Positions 51,590 through 63,727 are shown, counted from the first letter of the whole stretch. The stretch: 63,727 nucleotides of DNA, filler included, from Cercozoa sp. M6MM (GCA_040357565.1; 10 parts of 10 records of this genome joined end to end with filler, not necessarily neighbours in it), one strand, 5' to 3'. Notes: generated by a model from the letters alone, not told the origin. Numbers and translations: made by a program.

Positions 51590-53229
51590 GACTTTTGCCG
51601 CTGTGGTCGCATCATCTTCTCCTTTTCTTTGTCTGCTTGCCCTTCGTTTTGGTTTTCTTGGCCTCGCCGACGCACGTCATGGTTTGCACGAGATTTTTGC
51701 GAAGCGTTACTCGCGTCGGAGCGCCGACGAGGAATCCCTTGCGTGCGACGTTGCCGAGCGTGCCCTCCTGCGACATCTCCTGCAGCAGTGACAGTGGAAT
51801 GCCTGCTCGTACAGTCGGGACACGAATTGGACACAATGCTGTTTAAAGAAAACCTTGGTGGTGCATACCACGTGGCACTTCAAGCACCTCGCTTTCTGAC
51901 ACGAGCGAGTGCGTGTAGGCGCGCAGGGTGGCTGCATTGTGCAGCACGAGACCGAGGAAGGGCACCTGACGCAGGTTGCGCACAAGTGCCTCACTCGCTT
52001 GAACATGTGCGACAGCGGCACGTGCGAGCGGCACCACACAGGCGACACTCACGGTGCGTTGTGTCGTGGCGTGAGCCAACACGTGCGGCACCAGCACGGC
52101 CACGTTGCACAGGTCACGTGCCAGTTCGAGACAGTCGCCGGCGACGTGCATGTCGGTGCACTTGAGTCGCACCTCGAGCGAGTACAACTGCAGAGCCATG
52201 GCCGCACTTGCTTCGTTACACTTCAACAAGGCAGAAGCGAGTTTTGTGAGGATGCGAGCCATGGCGTCGTCGGCTTGCGAGTGCTGCTCGTCGACCCACT
52301 TGGACAAACCCTGCTGGTAGTACGCAGCCTGCACTAAAGGTCCTTCTTGGCACGCATCGCCGGCAATCAGCAGACACAGTGTCTCAAAGGCAGCACGTGC
52401 CGTTGCCGCTTCCTTCACAGCTGTTTCGCTTTCTTCGTCCTCGGCACTTGCGACTTCGGTTTCATCAGCATCCCTTGCGAGTTGCTGCATCGCACAAGCA
52501 GCGTGTAGCACGGCTTGTTCCATTTGTCCTTCGGTCAACTGCTGCAGCGCCGTGGTCGTGTGGTCAAATGCGTCGCGTGAGATGCGGCAACTCTCACGGG
52601 CTGACAGCGTTTGTGGCAGCGCAAGCGGGCTTGAGATCCAGATCATCTTGCTTGCTGCAAGGTGTGGAGTAACGTCGAGTACAGATATACCACTACGCTA
52701 GGTTAATTTGAGATAACCTACCATTCTCTAAATTTTACAGTACAAGTACCTGCATCCTCCCAAAACTCGCTCGACACGGGTAGACTCGCAGAAGGAAACA
52801 ACTCGATTTTGCCCTTGTACAATGCGGTCATTCGCTCTTTTATCTTCAGGATCTTCTGTGCTCTGTCGGGAGCAACTCCGGTTGAAGAAAGCTTCCTGTC
52901 GAGCACTCTCAGTGAGGCGTCGGTGGGAGCTTCCCGCTGGACTTCACTCGCTTCTGCCTTTCACAAATTAAGTGCAGGCAATCGGACAGTATATGCTTGG
53001 TTTAGTTTGCCCATACTGTACCCTTTTCGGTGAGAGGAAAGCAAGACAGGGGCTCTTCCGGTCCCAGTTCGAGTATGCTGCGAGTGAACTTTGCGAAGCG
53101 ACGCACATCGCGTCTCAAGGAAATCTGCTTTGCAAAAGAGGCGCTGTCAGACCCGTTGGAAACGCTTAGCGCGAACAATTCGCGGAGCTCCTCTGGGTCA
53201 AATTCAAGCTGTGGCCCGTCGGTACTCAT
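51590..53229 (-). CDS. hypothetical helical/TPR-like protein (multi-exon)
   Basis: MSTDGPQLEFDPEELRELF...|...|a 267-aa exon with TPR-like ARILTKLASALL...AMALQLYSLEVR and LARDLCNVAVL. The 3' end is uncertain. Confidence 0.55.
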
Positions 53230-53600
53230 TGTTCAAACAGGAACAACCTCCCAGTTCTAGAATCCGCCAGATGGATCGCTACCGTGAAGCGTTTTACGGA
53301 TAAATCCATAAAAGAGCCTACAGAGAAATTGTAGTCGGCAGCCTCCGCGCGGAAGGTTGCTCACTTTTTAATGCCATGACCGCAACTCGGAGTGCATGTG
53401 CGGGACTGGCGTGGGAGTTTTCTCACTTCCGTTCACGTCAGAACGGACTTCGAATTCCGACTGGCGAGTCGGATGGATCGATGGCGCCTCGACTCGACTC
53501 CACGCCAGTGCGGCGAGAGCCCGTCTAACGCAAGACACTGATGATGGACGAAGTAAACTAACGTAAACGCGAAACGAAAGTTCACTCGCCTAACGAAAGT

Positions 53601-54001
53601 TCACTCGCTGCGTGTGCTGACAATAACGCGTGACTTAAGCGACAACACGTGAATGTCGAGAGCATGCGCAATCTCTTGCTGCGAACAACGAATGAAAGAT
53701 AGCTGACATGTGCCATTACAAGTCTCGGAAAAGGTGGCTCTGATACACTGGTGACAACGGCGTAGTGCGCGGCGTGCCAGAACACCCAGGCAGCACTGAA
53801 GCAGGCACACGCGAGGTGCGGATTCGTGTGCTCGGAGTAGGCAACAACCACCTGAATAGAGAGGATGTATTTGCTTAGGCAGGGAAAGAGAGGGTACCAG
53901 CACAGGAAGAGGCCACAGCACGCGGTGCCACTGCCCGAATGACATGTGCGCCGTGTGCGACACGATAAGGCGACTCACCTGTCCTCTCCACCATGTACAT
54001 G

Positions 54002-54052
<51 letters not shown>

Positions 54053-54290
54053 TATATGCAAAAACATTTGTATATACGGATAGGTAGACAGATAGATATA
54101 TAGATAGATAGACAGATAGATCGATAGATATATAAATAGATAAATAGAGGGATAGATAGACAGATAGGTAGGTAGATAGACAGATAGATAGACAGATAGT
54201 AGACAGATAGATAGATACCAGGTGTGCGTGTGGCAGACCCGCGAAGAACAGAGCCAGCGCTGCGTGCGACTGCAGCAGCCCACGTCCCTA
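53601..54290 (-). CDS. C-terminal part of a choline/ethanolamine phosphotransferase (CEPT1/EPT1-like)
   Basis: LALFFAGLPHAHL|VSRLIVSHTAHMSFGQWHRVLWPL|...WHAAHYAVVT|QEIAHALDIHVLSLK resembles the CEPT C-terminal G...RLIVAHM and I..YL.I..F.I patterns. The catalytic motif is not in this contig. Confidence 0.65.
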
Positions 54291-54444
54291 CCAAGGGCGT
54301 CAAACAAGGTTTTGTTTCGAGTACCAGAATGTGGGGGGGGGGGGNNNNNNNNNNNNNNNNNNNNNNNNNNNNNNNNNNNNNNNNNNNNTTAATTAATTAA
54401 NNNNNNNNNNNNNNNNNNNNNNNNNNNNNNNNNNNNNNNNNNNN

Positions 54445-54487
<43 letters not shown>

Positions 54488-54489
54488 TC

Positions 54490-54758
54490 ACCCTGTACGA
54501 AATCACAATCACATGAAAGGTGGCAGTACGGTGCTTCGGGTCAACAGGAAGCGGATGCACCTGCTTGGTGGCATTCATGTATCGTGGGTCGCTCTTCTCC
54601 GTCACAAACTCAACCTGCCAGAAGGATAGGAGAGATGCTGCATCAAATCAGAAAACACAGACGATAATACTTCAAAGTTCGGCACGAATGCAATGTCAAT
54701 GTCGCCAGCATCACGGCCCAGAAACTGCAGCGACGCCTGTCATCATATTCAAACACAT

Positions 54759-54828
<70 letters not shown>

Positions 54829-55789
54829 GCTGGCTGAGTACCTTGGGCCACAGCTGCTTCTGTCGCCAGTCGGCAAAGTCATCCTCCAGGCAGTAGTCGT
54901 CATCGCCTATCGACAAGGTTTGTGTACTCTACACACATACGCCTCCAAAGTAAGCAGGTACCAAGACCCACGTCACAGACGCGCTTGGCACCCAATTCCT
55001 ACAAGAGCAAGGAGAGTGCATATGACCCGCGCTGTGCCTGTCGTAGCCTACCTCAAAACGAGTGTCAAAGAACTTGGCAACGGCGTTGTAGAATTCGTAT
55101 TGCGTGTTGCCTGCAGAAACGCACGTGCGTGGACAAATACCATATAGACATCACCAAAAGGAAAATACCCAGACCAAAGACGGCAAAATTGACATCTTCC
55201 AGATCGTCCGTACGCTCCTGCAACACCCAGCACAAGTGTCAGTGCAAGAAAAGTCACAACGTCTGCTACCTTAATATGCTCGTAAAGTGCGATCGTGGAA
55301 TCAGTTGGCTCACCTTCGCCATGCGTCGCCATAAGCAGCACCTTTGTTCAAGCACAACAAGCATTGCAACAATACGCTCGTGACATTCAATATCAAAAGG
55401 AACCACGAAGGAATGATCGTTCAGGGAATCGGCATCAAATTCAGCTGCGTCCACCACAGTCGTGGCGAAACCTGGGCACAACACATTTCTAGCCAGTGCC
55501 GCGGTACATACAACAAACACAGTGGTACCATAAGCCTTGGCCTCAGCTTCGAGCACGAAAGCGTAGCCCTCGGCCGTGCCGCTCTGCGAACCGTATACAA
55601 TGGTCATTGCCGCCTCGCCGTCAACTACACCCCTCTCGGACGGCGCTTTGCCGGTTTCTGCGGAAAGAAAAGAATACAGAAACCCAAGCAGCCGAAAAGG
55701 AAATACAACTCACTCTTCGCCGACTTGGGCGCGCTGAATAACTTCCATGCCACGAGCGCCACAAGCGCGGTTAGCACCCACAACAGCAT
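54490..55789 (-). CDS. POR: NADPH-cytochrome P450 reductase, 5' part (TM anchor + FMN domain)
   Basis: N-terminal TM MLLWVLTALVALVAW, then TIVYGSQSGTAEGYA, MATHGEGEPTD, FAVFGLG|NTQYEFYN, LGAKRV and GDDDYCLEDDFADW. Confidence 0.93.
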
Positions 55790-56034
55790 CTCTGCCACCG
55801 CAGAACGCAAATTACCGAAGCGCACGGTATAGCCCCTCGCCTGATGCCTCTCAGTGTAGCCATTTAATATTATTAATCAAAAACAAAATTTGCAGTGCAC
55901 TTCAGACCAGCTGGTGTGCGCACGTGCGTGTGTCATGACGGGTTACTCGCCTCCCGAATCGGCGGGTGCAGTTTTGCCCGAGCTGAGCGACAAGTGTATT
56001 TTGCTTCATGCCGAGGGGTGATCCGTGTCTTGCA

Positions 56035-56856
56035 ATGAACTGGGTTTTAGTCCGCATCGATGTGCTGAAGAACGGCGCCATCGCCCAGGAGGTTTGCCGC
56101 TTTATGTGAGGCCATTGGCTCTGTTTTAACCCCTTTTCCGCCAGATTGACCTGGTGGACGTGTTGCGTCGCAAGGCAGGCGTATATCACGTCGTGCTTGG
56201 CCGTGCCACCGATCAAGTCGACGTCCCGGCTTTGCACGGCAGTAGTAATTTACTTGTATGTCTTACTGTCTGCCCAATGCCTTTATGGATGCTGCAACTG
56301 ATCAGTATCGCGTCAACACTGCGTTCTGCAGTTTACTAAGTCTCAGAAAGTGCTGCTCTATGATTTGGGTATACTTTAGTTTCCTGAGTCTTCTGGAGGC
56401 TCTACAGATGTTGCATTTTCCGTAAAGGTGCGGCGCATGGCACCTTTTTGAACGGTAAACGCGTGAAACCAAAGCAGTATTACGAGTTGGCAGGTATGCA
56501 CATTTGCATGTGTACGTGTTCCTCTCAGTTGTCTCTCCCTCTTGCCATAGATGGCTCGGTGCTACGTCTGGGTGCCAGTACGCGTGACTACATTTTCTCT
56601 CTTCCTCACGTAGCTTCATTATAAACTATTGTGCCCTTAAGTGCATTTGCTTTTATACACTGGATTTGCAGAAGGACATGGTGGTACAAGCGCGGCAACA
56701 ACGACAGAACGAGTCGCAGCAGCAAATGCTGTCGCTTACTGACGACGGGAAACGCGCACGCGCACTGCGTACTTTCACTTCATTAAAGAAACTCTGTGTG
56801 TTAAGTTAGGTGCACTTGTGCGCGCGCATGTGCATGTATGCATGTGTGTGTGTGTG

Positions 56857-56913
<57 letters not shown>

Positions 56914-57457
56914 GAAAGATGGCGGAGCTCACTGGCCGCTCCATCGAAGAATTACGAGAAATTGCCGCCTCCGTTGACAAAGGTACTTTCTTCACCCTTG
57001 CGTTAGGCCCTTCTCCAACCTACTCGTCGTCCATTTCTCAGAGAAACAGGAAGAAGAGCCGCAGAAGCTTTCGATGGTTGATGCCGAAAACGCGCTTCGA
57101 CAGCGGTACAATCGTCTGTTGGCCCACATTCCCGTTGTTGTTTGAACCTAAGTCCCCTCACGGATTTGCAGTGACGCGGCGATCAAGGATCCTGCGAAAA
57201 TCGTTCGAACACTGCGTCTGAGGTGACTTGCCTTTTGGCGGTGCTTTGTGTTCACGAAAGATATCTTCTTGTTTGCACAGATGGCGCGCTGATTTGACCG
57301 ATCCAACCCACCCGTACAGGTACAGACAATACGATGAATATAGTGTGCCTCTGCGAGAGCCACTTGCGCATACGTGTAGCTATGAGGACGACTTGCTGTT
57401 TTTGCTGGCGGAAGAAACGGCGCAGTTCTCAAAAATTCGTGACCAGTTTCCGTTTTT
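56035..57457 (+). CDS. FHA-domain protein, kanadaptin (SLC4A1AP)-like, 3' truncated
   Basis: IDVLKNGAI, VLGRATDQVDVPALHGS|ISRQHCVLQF, LYDLG|SAHGTFLNGKRV, LRLGASTR; later IKDPAKIVRTL. Confidence 0.8.
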
Positions 57458-57789
57458 NNNNNNNNNNNNNNNNNNNNNNNNNNNNNNNNNNNNNNNNNNN
57501 NTTAATTAATTAANNNNNNNNNNNNNNNNNNNNNNNNNNNNNNNNNNNNNNNNNNNNGGGGGGGTACTGGAGGGTAAACTGGGAGGGGTGGAAACATGCA
57601 GGCATGCTGCTGCCGGCGCCGGGTACGTCTGAGGCGCAGTCGGATACGGCGACGCTGCGACCGCGACATGCGTTGCCGCAGCGGTATTACTAGGGAGGAG
57701 GGGGTATACTGGGGGAGGAGGGTATACTGGGGGTATAGGGTCGGGGTAGACTGGTGTGTAAGGGGGCAAAAAGGAAAGTGTGCATAGAC

Positions 57790-58834
57790 CGTACGGCACG
57801 CCATCGGCAGAGGAGTCGGCCCTGACGCAGTCTAACGACTCGGTACATTTGGACCGAGAGAGACCGCAGCCTTAATTATAGCCTTAATTATGGCCGTTAA
57901 CAGGGCTGTCCGGTGTGCTCGGAGGAACTACGAACGGCGCCATGCGTACGCATGCGGTATGTGTGTGTGTACACTGACTGGGGACCACGTGGCTGGGTGA
58001 CCACTGAGAGTGACTGGGTGACCACGTGACTGGGTGACCACATTACTGGCGTGACTGGGCAGGTGCGGCCACGTGTACCACCTGCACTGCGCGCGCACAA
58101 AACTCGAGTCGCGGTGGAGCGGCCTGCGTATCACGCTTGGCTTTGGTACGCGCGTGCATTGTCCGGGTCCTGGTCCATGTGGACTGGTCCATGTGAACGT
58201 GTCCGGGTCCGTGTCTGGGTCCATTTCTGGGTCTATGTGTACGTGTGTGTAGCCAACTGCGCGCTGTGTCGACGCGCGCTGGAGCACGCGGCGCTGGAGG
58301 ACCAGACGCGCGAACTGAGCAACCTGGCGCTCTTCTTAAGGTGTGTCACTGATCAATCACACTGATCAATCACACTGATCGATCACTGTGTGGTCACCGA
58401 TCATTGATTGATCACTGTGTGGCCACGTGCGATCACTGTATTTGTGGACAGAGCCGATCTCGGCGAGGAGCGACTGGCTGCTGCTGCCGAGTGTGCGTTG
58501 TCGTTTTACCCCCCCCCCCCCCCCTGCCCTGCTTACCTCCTTCCCCTTCCCCCTTGCCTCTGCTCCCTTGTCTTTGCTACCTTGGCTTTACCCCCTTGTC
58601 TTTACCCCCTTGTCTTTACCCCCTTGTCTTGGCAGCGGACGCGGCGGCCGAAGCGACGCAGCCGACGCGGTTCGAGCCGGCGTACTGGCACGACGTGCAG
58701 CTGCTGGGACCGGCACTGCGGGTAGTCCTCGCCCCCTCCTCCGCCTCTCCCCCCTACCCCCCCCCCCCCCCCTCTGCGCAGGAGTGGGCCTACTACATGT
58801 GCAGTCGCTGCGACACACCCTTCTTCTCCGGCAG
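57790..58834 (+). CDS. MYCBP2/Highwire-like RING-H2 / RCR E3 ligase fragment
   Basis: LTQSNDS|GCPVCSEELRTAPCVRMR|CGHVYHLHCARTKLESRWSGLRITLGF|ANCALCRRALEH...|EWAYYMCSRCDTPFFSG parallels MYCBP2 CSHIFHLQC..VLENRWLGPRITFGF..CPIC and YAYYVCYKCRKAYFGG. Confidence 0.88.
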
Positions 58835-58860
58835 GTATACATAGATAAGATGAGATTGAT

Positions 58861-58910
<50 letters not shown>

Positions 58911-59079
58911 NNNNNNNNNNNNNNNNNNNNNNNNNNNNNNNNNNNNNNNNNNNNTTAATTAATTAANNNNNNNNNNNNNNNNNNNNNNNNNNNNNNNNNN
59001 NNNNNNNNNNAGCCACCGCCAGCCTTGTCGGTGGAACCGTGTCCGCGCGGACCGGCAGAAAACAACGGACACCGCCAGT

Positions 59080-62000
59080 CTTGTTTGACGCCGAGTGTCG
59101 GCAGAAAAAAGTCCTCTGCTCGCAGTGGCCGGTCTGTTGAAGTAGGGTAAAGGAGGTAGGGGTAGAGGGGGTAGGGGTTAAGAGGGTAGGGCTAAAGGAG
59201 GTAGGGGTAGAGGGGGTAGGGGGTAAAGGGGTAGGAGATAAAGGCTTAGGAGAGAGGTAAAGGAGGTAGAGGGAGGAAGAAGGTAAGGGGTTAAGGGGTT
59301 CAGGGGTTAAGGGTGGGGGGAAGAGGGTTAAGGGCGGGTGGGGGAAGAGGGTTAAGAGCGGGTGGGGGAAGGTATAAACTGGGCCAACCCAGATCAGTGG
59401 GCGGCGAGCCTCGCAGTCGCCCGATCAGCGTACTGTAGCATCTGGGGGGGGGGGGGTAAATAGGGGGTTAAACATGGGGGGTAAACGGGAGTAAATAGAG
59501 GAGCAAATAGGGGAGGGGGTAAATAGTGAGGGAGGGGTAAAGAGAGGAATAAACAGGGTGGTCAAAAGAGGGATAAACAGGGAGGTAACAGGGGGGTAAA
59601 CAGAGAGGTAAGCAGAGGGGTAAACAGAAAAGTAAACAGGGGGGTAAACAGGGGGGTAAACAGGGGGGTAAACAGGGGGGTAAACAGGGGGTAAACAGGG
59701 GGTAAACAGGGGGTAAACAGGGGGGTAAACAGGGGGAAATAGGAAAGTAAACAGGGGGGTAAACAGGGGGGTAAACTCGTACAGATTGTGCGCCACAATG
59801 ACACTCGGGTACAAGGAGCGGAAGTCCAGCACAGCCACCGGCGACACCAAGAGTCGAGCCGCCGACTCGAGCACCAAGGGCGCGCACTCCATCGCGTCCT
59901 GCGCGCGCACCTGCTGCGCCGACGCCGACGGCAGCGCCACGCCCAGGCCGCGAGTGGCGCGCAGCAGCAGCGCTTCCACGCGGAACTGCGCTCCGCGCGT
60001 ATGCACTTCCTCCACCTACGGGGTTTTATTCCGCGCGTATGCACTTGGGGCAGGGGCTGAGGGAAACCTTGATGCCGACGATCCGCGCGTATGCGGCACT
60101 GCGCCGAACGACGCCGCCGCGCGCAAGCACGCCGAGGTTCAGCGCGGCTTTGCGCGCCAGGTGCCGCTGCATCTCGGCGTCGTCGCACGCGCGCTCGCAC
60201 ACACTCGCCGTCCGCGCGGATCCCGCGCCGCGCCGCCGTTTCTCGCCTGTCTGCGCACGAGTGCAACAATTTAAAACAACAACAAAACAACAGCAACAAA
60301 CAACAACAACAAACAATAACAACAAACAATAACAACAAACAATAACAACAAAAACAACAACAAACAACAACAAAACAATAACAACAAACAACAACAACAA
60401 ACAACAACAACAAACAACAAACAACTAAAACAACAACGTACGCGACAAGCGCGCCAAACCGCGGCGAATCCGCGCGTAAGGTCGGCGTCGAAAATGCGCG
60501 GAAAACGCTGCTTCAGCACCCACCTGCATCCACACGGGGGGAAGGGTAAGGGTAAGGGTAAGGAGGTATAAGGGGTAAAGGGGTAGAAGTTAAGAGAGGT
60601 GGCTATGGGGGCTAATAGGGGATAAACAGGGGGTAAGAGGGGAGTAGACAGGGGAGTTGGCGAGGTAAGAGGATAAGATAGGGGGGGGGGGTAAGAGGGG
60701 GGGTAAAACCGAGCCAGGGCCTCGCGAGTGTATCGAACGAGTCGCATCTCCATGCGCATGGTGCGCATCCTAAGACGAATACAAGTGGTATTTGGGTCAG
60801 TGCATCCGCGCGGAAAGCACAGTGCACAAGAAACGCACATGGACAGCACGATGCGACCGTCCAGGCGGACAAGGTTGTTTCGATTCAGGTCGAACTCGAC
60901 GACGTCGTGACCGGTGCGTCCCAGCGGCAGGCATGCCAACTGACCGGGAGTAAGGGGGGTAAAGGGTAAAATGGGTAAAGGGGGAGGGGTAGGGAGGGGG
61001 GTAAAGGCGGACAATACCTCCAGTGACACCGACCGTGCATGCAACGCCTCCAGTGTCTCCTTCGTGTCGTAGCTGCACACTACGGGGAGGGTAAATAGAG
61101 AGGGAGTAAATAGGGGGGGGGGTAAATAGAGGGGTAAATAGGGGTAAATTGGGGGGGAGGGTAAACAGGGGGTAAACAGGGGTTAAACAGGGGGGTAAAA
61201 CTACCAATGTCCGGGTCCAAGCAGCGAAACAACACGGCACAAGATTCCAGCATTTTCGCTTCCGCGCGGTCGCTCTGCACGAATTTAAAATACCAAAACA
61301 AAAAACAAAAAAACGAGTCACCTCGGAGTCGTCGACGATGACGTCTAGCAGTCGAATTTTCGCGTTTTTTTCGTCGCGCAGCTGCCGCAACTCGCTCGCC
61401 TTGTCGCTGCCAAAATAGGGGGGGGGTAAAGGGAGAGTAAAGGGGGGTAAAGGGAGGTAAGAGTAGGGATAAACCCACCGTGCCACTGCCAAACAGTGCG
61501 TCGAACTGCGTGCTATGGTACCTGCGACGGGAGGGGCGGGGAGGGGTAGGGGGTAAAGAGATTAAGGGCTAGTAAGGGTTAAGGGAGGTAAACGAGAGGG
61601 GGTAAAGGCACAGATGAGAGTGACGCGCTCGAGACTGCAGCCGTCATTTTCTGTATTTTACTCCTCTCGAAAAATACAAAAACAAAGATACAACAAATGT
61701 GCACCACAGGGCAGCAGCAGGTTCTCGACGACGGCGCAGATTCCAGCCACCTGCCGCTCGTCGCTGCGCAGAGAAATACAACAACAGCGCTCCAAAAACA
61801 ACAACAACGAGGCGTCCGCGCGGACGCAGGAAAACAACGAAGCAAAAATAAAAAGGGCAACCCGACGCGCGCGTGGCACACCTCGACGGAGCACAGTGCG
61901 TACAGAGCGACGGTGTGCGACAGCAGGTGCTTCTCCGCGTCACCGTCACTGGCACGTGCCCCACTGGCACGTGTCCCACTGGCACGTGTCTCACTGGCAC

Positions 62001-62280
62001 GTGTCCCACTGGCACGTGTCCCACTGGCACGTGTCCCACTGGCACCATCAGTGGCACCGTCAGTGAAACCGTCAGTGGCACCGTCAGTGGCACCGTCAGT
62101 GGGACGGTCAGTGGCACCGCCAGTGACACGTGTCTCAGTGACAGTGGCAGACGGTGGCACCGGCGTCTCGATGATCTCGCGACTGACACCGTCGAGACAC
62201 GTGCGATCACTGCAGAAGACTCGCTGCGGCCGCTGCTGCCACGCACTCGCGCCCGTCAGCACGCGCTCCGCCTGCGGCAC
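59080..62280 (-). CDS. REV3: DNA polymerase zeta catalytic subunit (family B), internal fragment
   Basis: LDPDI, LDGRIVL, YARIVGI|EVHTRGAQFRVEALLLR...ECAPLVLES...PVAVLDFRSLYPSVIVAHNL|CYSTLIG. Contains the REV3-specific RGSQFRVE pattern and region II DFxSLYPS. Confidence 0.9.
60275..60437 (-). repeat. intronic (TTG)n repeat in REV3
   Basis: Visible directly. Other intronic microsatellites: (CA/GT)n at 159-207, 12491-12550, 27131-27400, 35807-36040, 54760-54826 and 56843-56910; (TTG)n at 32687-32740; (GATA)n at 54080-54215. Confidence 0.9.
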
Positions 62281-62549
62281 TGCGCGGGGGGGGGGGNNNN
62301 NNNNNNNNNNNNNNNNNNNNNNNNNNNNNNNNNNNNNNNNTTAATTAATTAANNNNNNNNNNNNNNNNNNNNNNNNNNNNNNNNNNNNNNNNNNNNAGGG
62401 CTTTCACTAGGACTTTGCCCTCCCCCCTCTTTACTCCCTCTTTACCCCCTCTTTACTCCCTCTTTACTCCCTCTTTACCCTCTTCTTTACTCCCTCTTTA
62501 CCCCTCTTTACCTCCGCTTTAGCCTTCGCTTTCCCCCCCCCCCCCTGTT

Positions 62550-63727
62550 AGTCTCCCGAGCGGGAATCGTCGCCGCCGTTGTGGGGGTCGTCTTCTTCGT
62601 AGCTTTGGCTTTACCCCCCTGTTTACCCCTCTTTGCCCCCCTCTTTGCCGCCTTTGCCCTTTGCCCTTCTGTTTACCTCCTGTTTAACCCTGATGTATCT
62701 GCGCACAGGGATGGCTGAGTGCCTACACGATCAGGCTGTACCACTCACACACATGTGCGTGTATGCTATGTGTATGTGTGTGTGTGTGTCTGTATGTGTG
62801 TCTGTGTCTGTATATATGTATGTTGTATGTTATGTGTATGTGTGTATGCGTGTATGTATGTATGTGTGTATGTTATGTATGCGTGTATGCGTGTATATGT
62901 GTATGTGTGTATGTGTGTATGTGTGTGTGTGTATGTGGTGGATGTGGTCAGACTGGCGGCGGCAGAGCGGCAGTGGCGCAGTTCGCATCCCAGTCGGTAG
63001 TTATACCCCCTGTTTACCCCCCTGTTTACCCCCCCTGTTTTCCCCCTGTTTACCCGCCTCTTAACCTTCTCCTTACCCGCCTCTGTACCCTCCCCCTGCA
63101 GTCGCAACGAGGAGCTGACGATCGTGTCGCTCGCACAGCGCGTGCTCAGTTCGGCGACTGTGACTGACGGTGTCACTGCTGATATCGACGGTGTCTGTGA
63201 CGGTGTCTGTGACGGTGTGGCCACTGAGTGCGACGGTGACGGCAACAGCATCAACACCGTCGCCATCTGCGACTCCTCCGACGATGGTGTCGTTGCTGCT
63301 TTACCCCCCCCCCCTTTTTACCCCCTGTTTACCCCCTGTTTACCCCCCTGTTTACTCCCTGTTTATCCCCCTGTTTACTCCCTGTTTACCCCCTGTCTAC
63401 CCCCTGTTTACTCCCTCTCTTCTCCCCCAGAGTTGACAGAGGAGTTGCTCCCTGCGTCAGATCGGAGCGACCGCAAAGGCTCCTTCCTGGGAGCGATGGT
63501 CTACCTTGGCGCCGTATGTTACCCCCTCCTTTACCCCTTTACCCCTTTACCCCCTACCCCCTTTATCCCCACCCCTACCCCTTACCCCCTTACCCCCCTC
63601 CCAGGTGGCCACGATCGTGGGCGTGTGCGGCGTCTACGTCGACTTCATCGGCGAGTCGATGACGCGCATCTCCAAGGACATGAGCTTCCTGCCCGACGTG
63701 CCGCAGTGGGCCTGGCACTGTAGTCTT
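62550..63727 (+). CDS. AAAP/SLC36-like amino-acid transporter, internal fragment
   Basis: AGIVAAVVGVVFF|GWLSAYTIRL|LAAAE...|VATIVGVCGVYVDFIGESM fits the TM2/TM3 pattern of the Aa_trans family. Confidence 0.7.

Noticed and set aside
53318-53340. U6-like ACAGAGA box
   Set aside because: It lacks the following AGATTAGC and the rest of U6.
53537-53580. Hammerhead ribozyme or box C/D snoRNA (CTGATGA...GAAA)
   Set aside because: I could not form stems II and III around the core, and the C/D pairing is unconvincing.

Overview
This is eukaryotic, intron-rich, gene-dense DNA, most likely from a protist. It uses the standard genetic code and GT-AG introns of mostly about 35-180 nt. The window is not one locus: ten contigs are joined by nine artificial N44-TTAATTAATTAA-N44 spacers, so gene neighbourhoods hold only within a contig. 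Recognisable spliced genes are a secreted LRR protein, PIG-C/GPI2, Mpv17/PMP22, a trefoil-GH31 alpha-glucosidase (5' part), PCBD, an ATRX/RAD54L2-like SNF2 ATPase, an active rhomboid protease, a ubiquitin-like-domain/Rtf2 fusion, a PrcB_C-domain membrane protein, a RanBP2-zinc-finger protein, a NahK/APH-like sugar kinase, an S6K-like AGC kinase, the 3' part of CEPT/EPT, cytochrome P450 reductase, a kanadaptin-like FHA protein, a MYCBP2-like RING E3, REV3 and an AAAP amino-acid transporter. Mobile DNA includes a 3.1-kb Merlin/IS1595-family transposon with 25-bp perfect TIRs and an intron-split transposase, a Gypsy/Ginger-type integrase remnant, a probable CACTA-like pseudogene, a palindromic array and a 150-bp dispersed repeat pair. 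The most notable patterns are the spliced Merlin element, introns built from sense-strand C-rich (T)TTACCC(C) repeats or private minisatellites, and bacterial-type domains in intron-containing genes. All gene models were spliced by eye and family calls come from remembered motifs; no database search was run.
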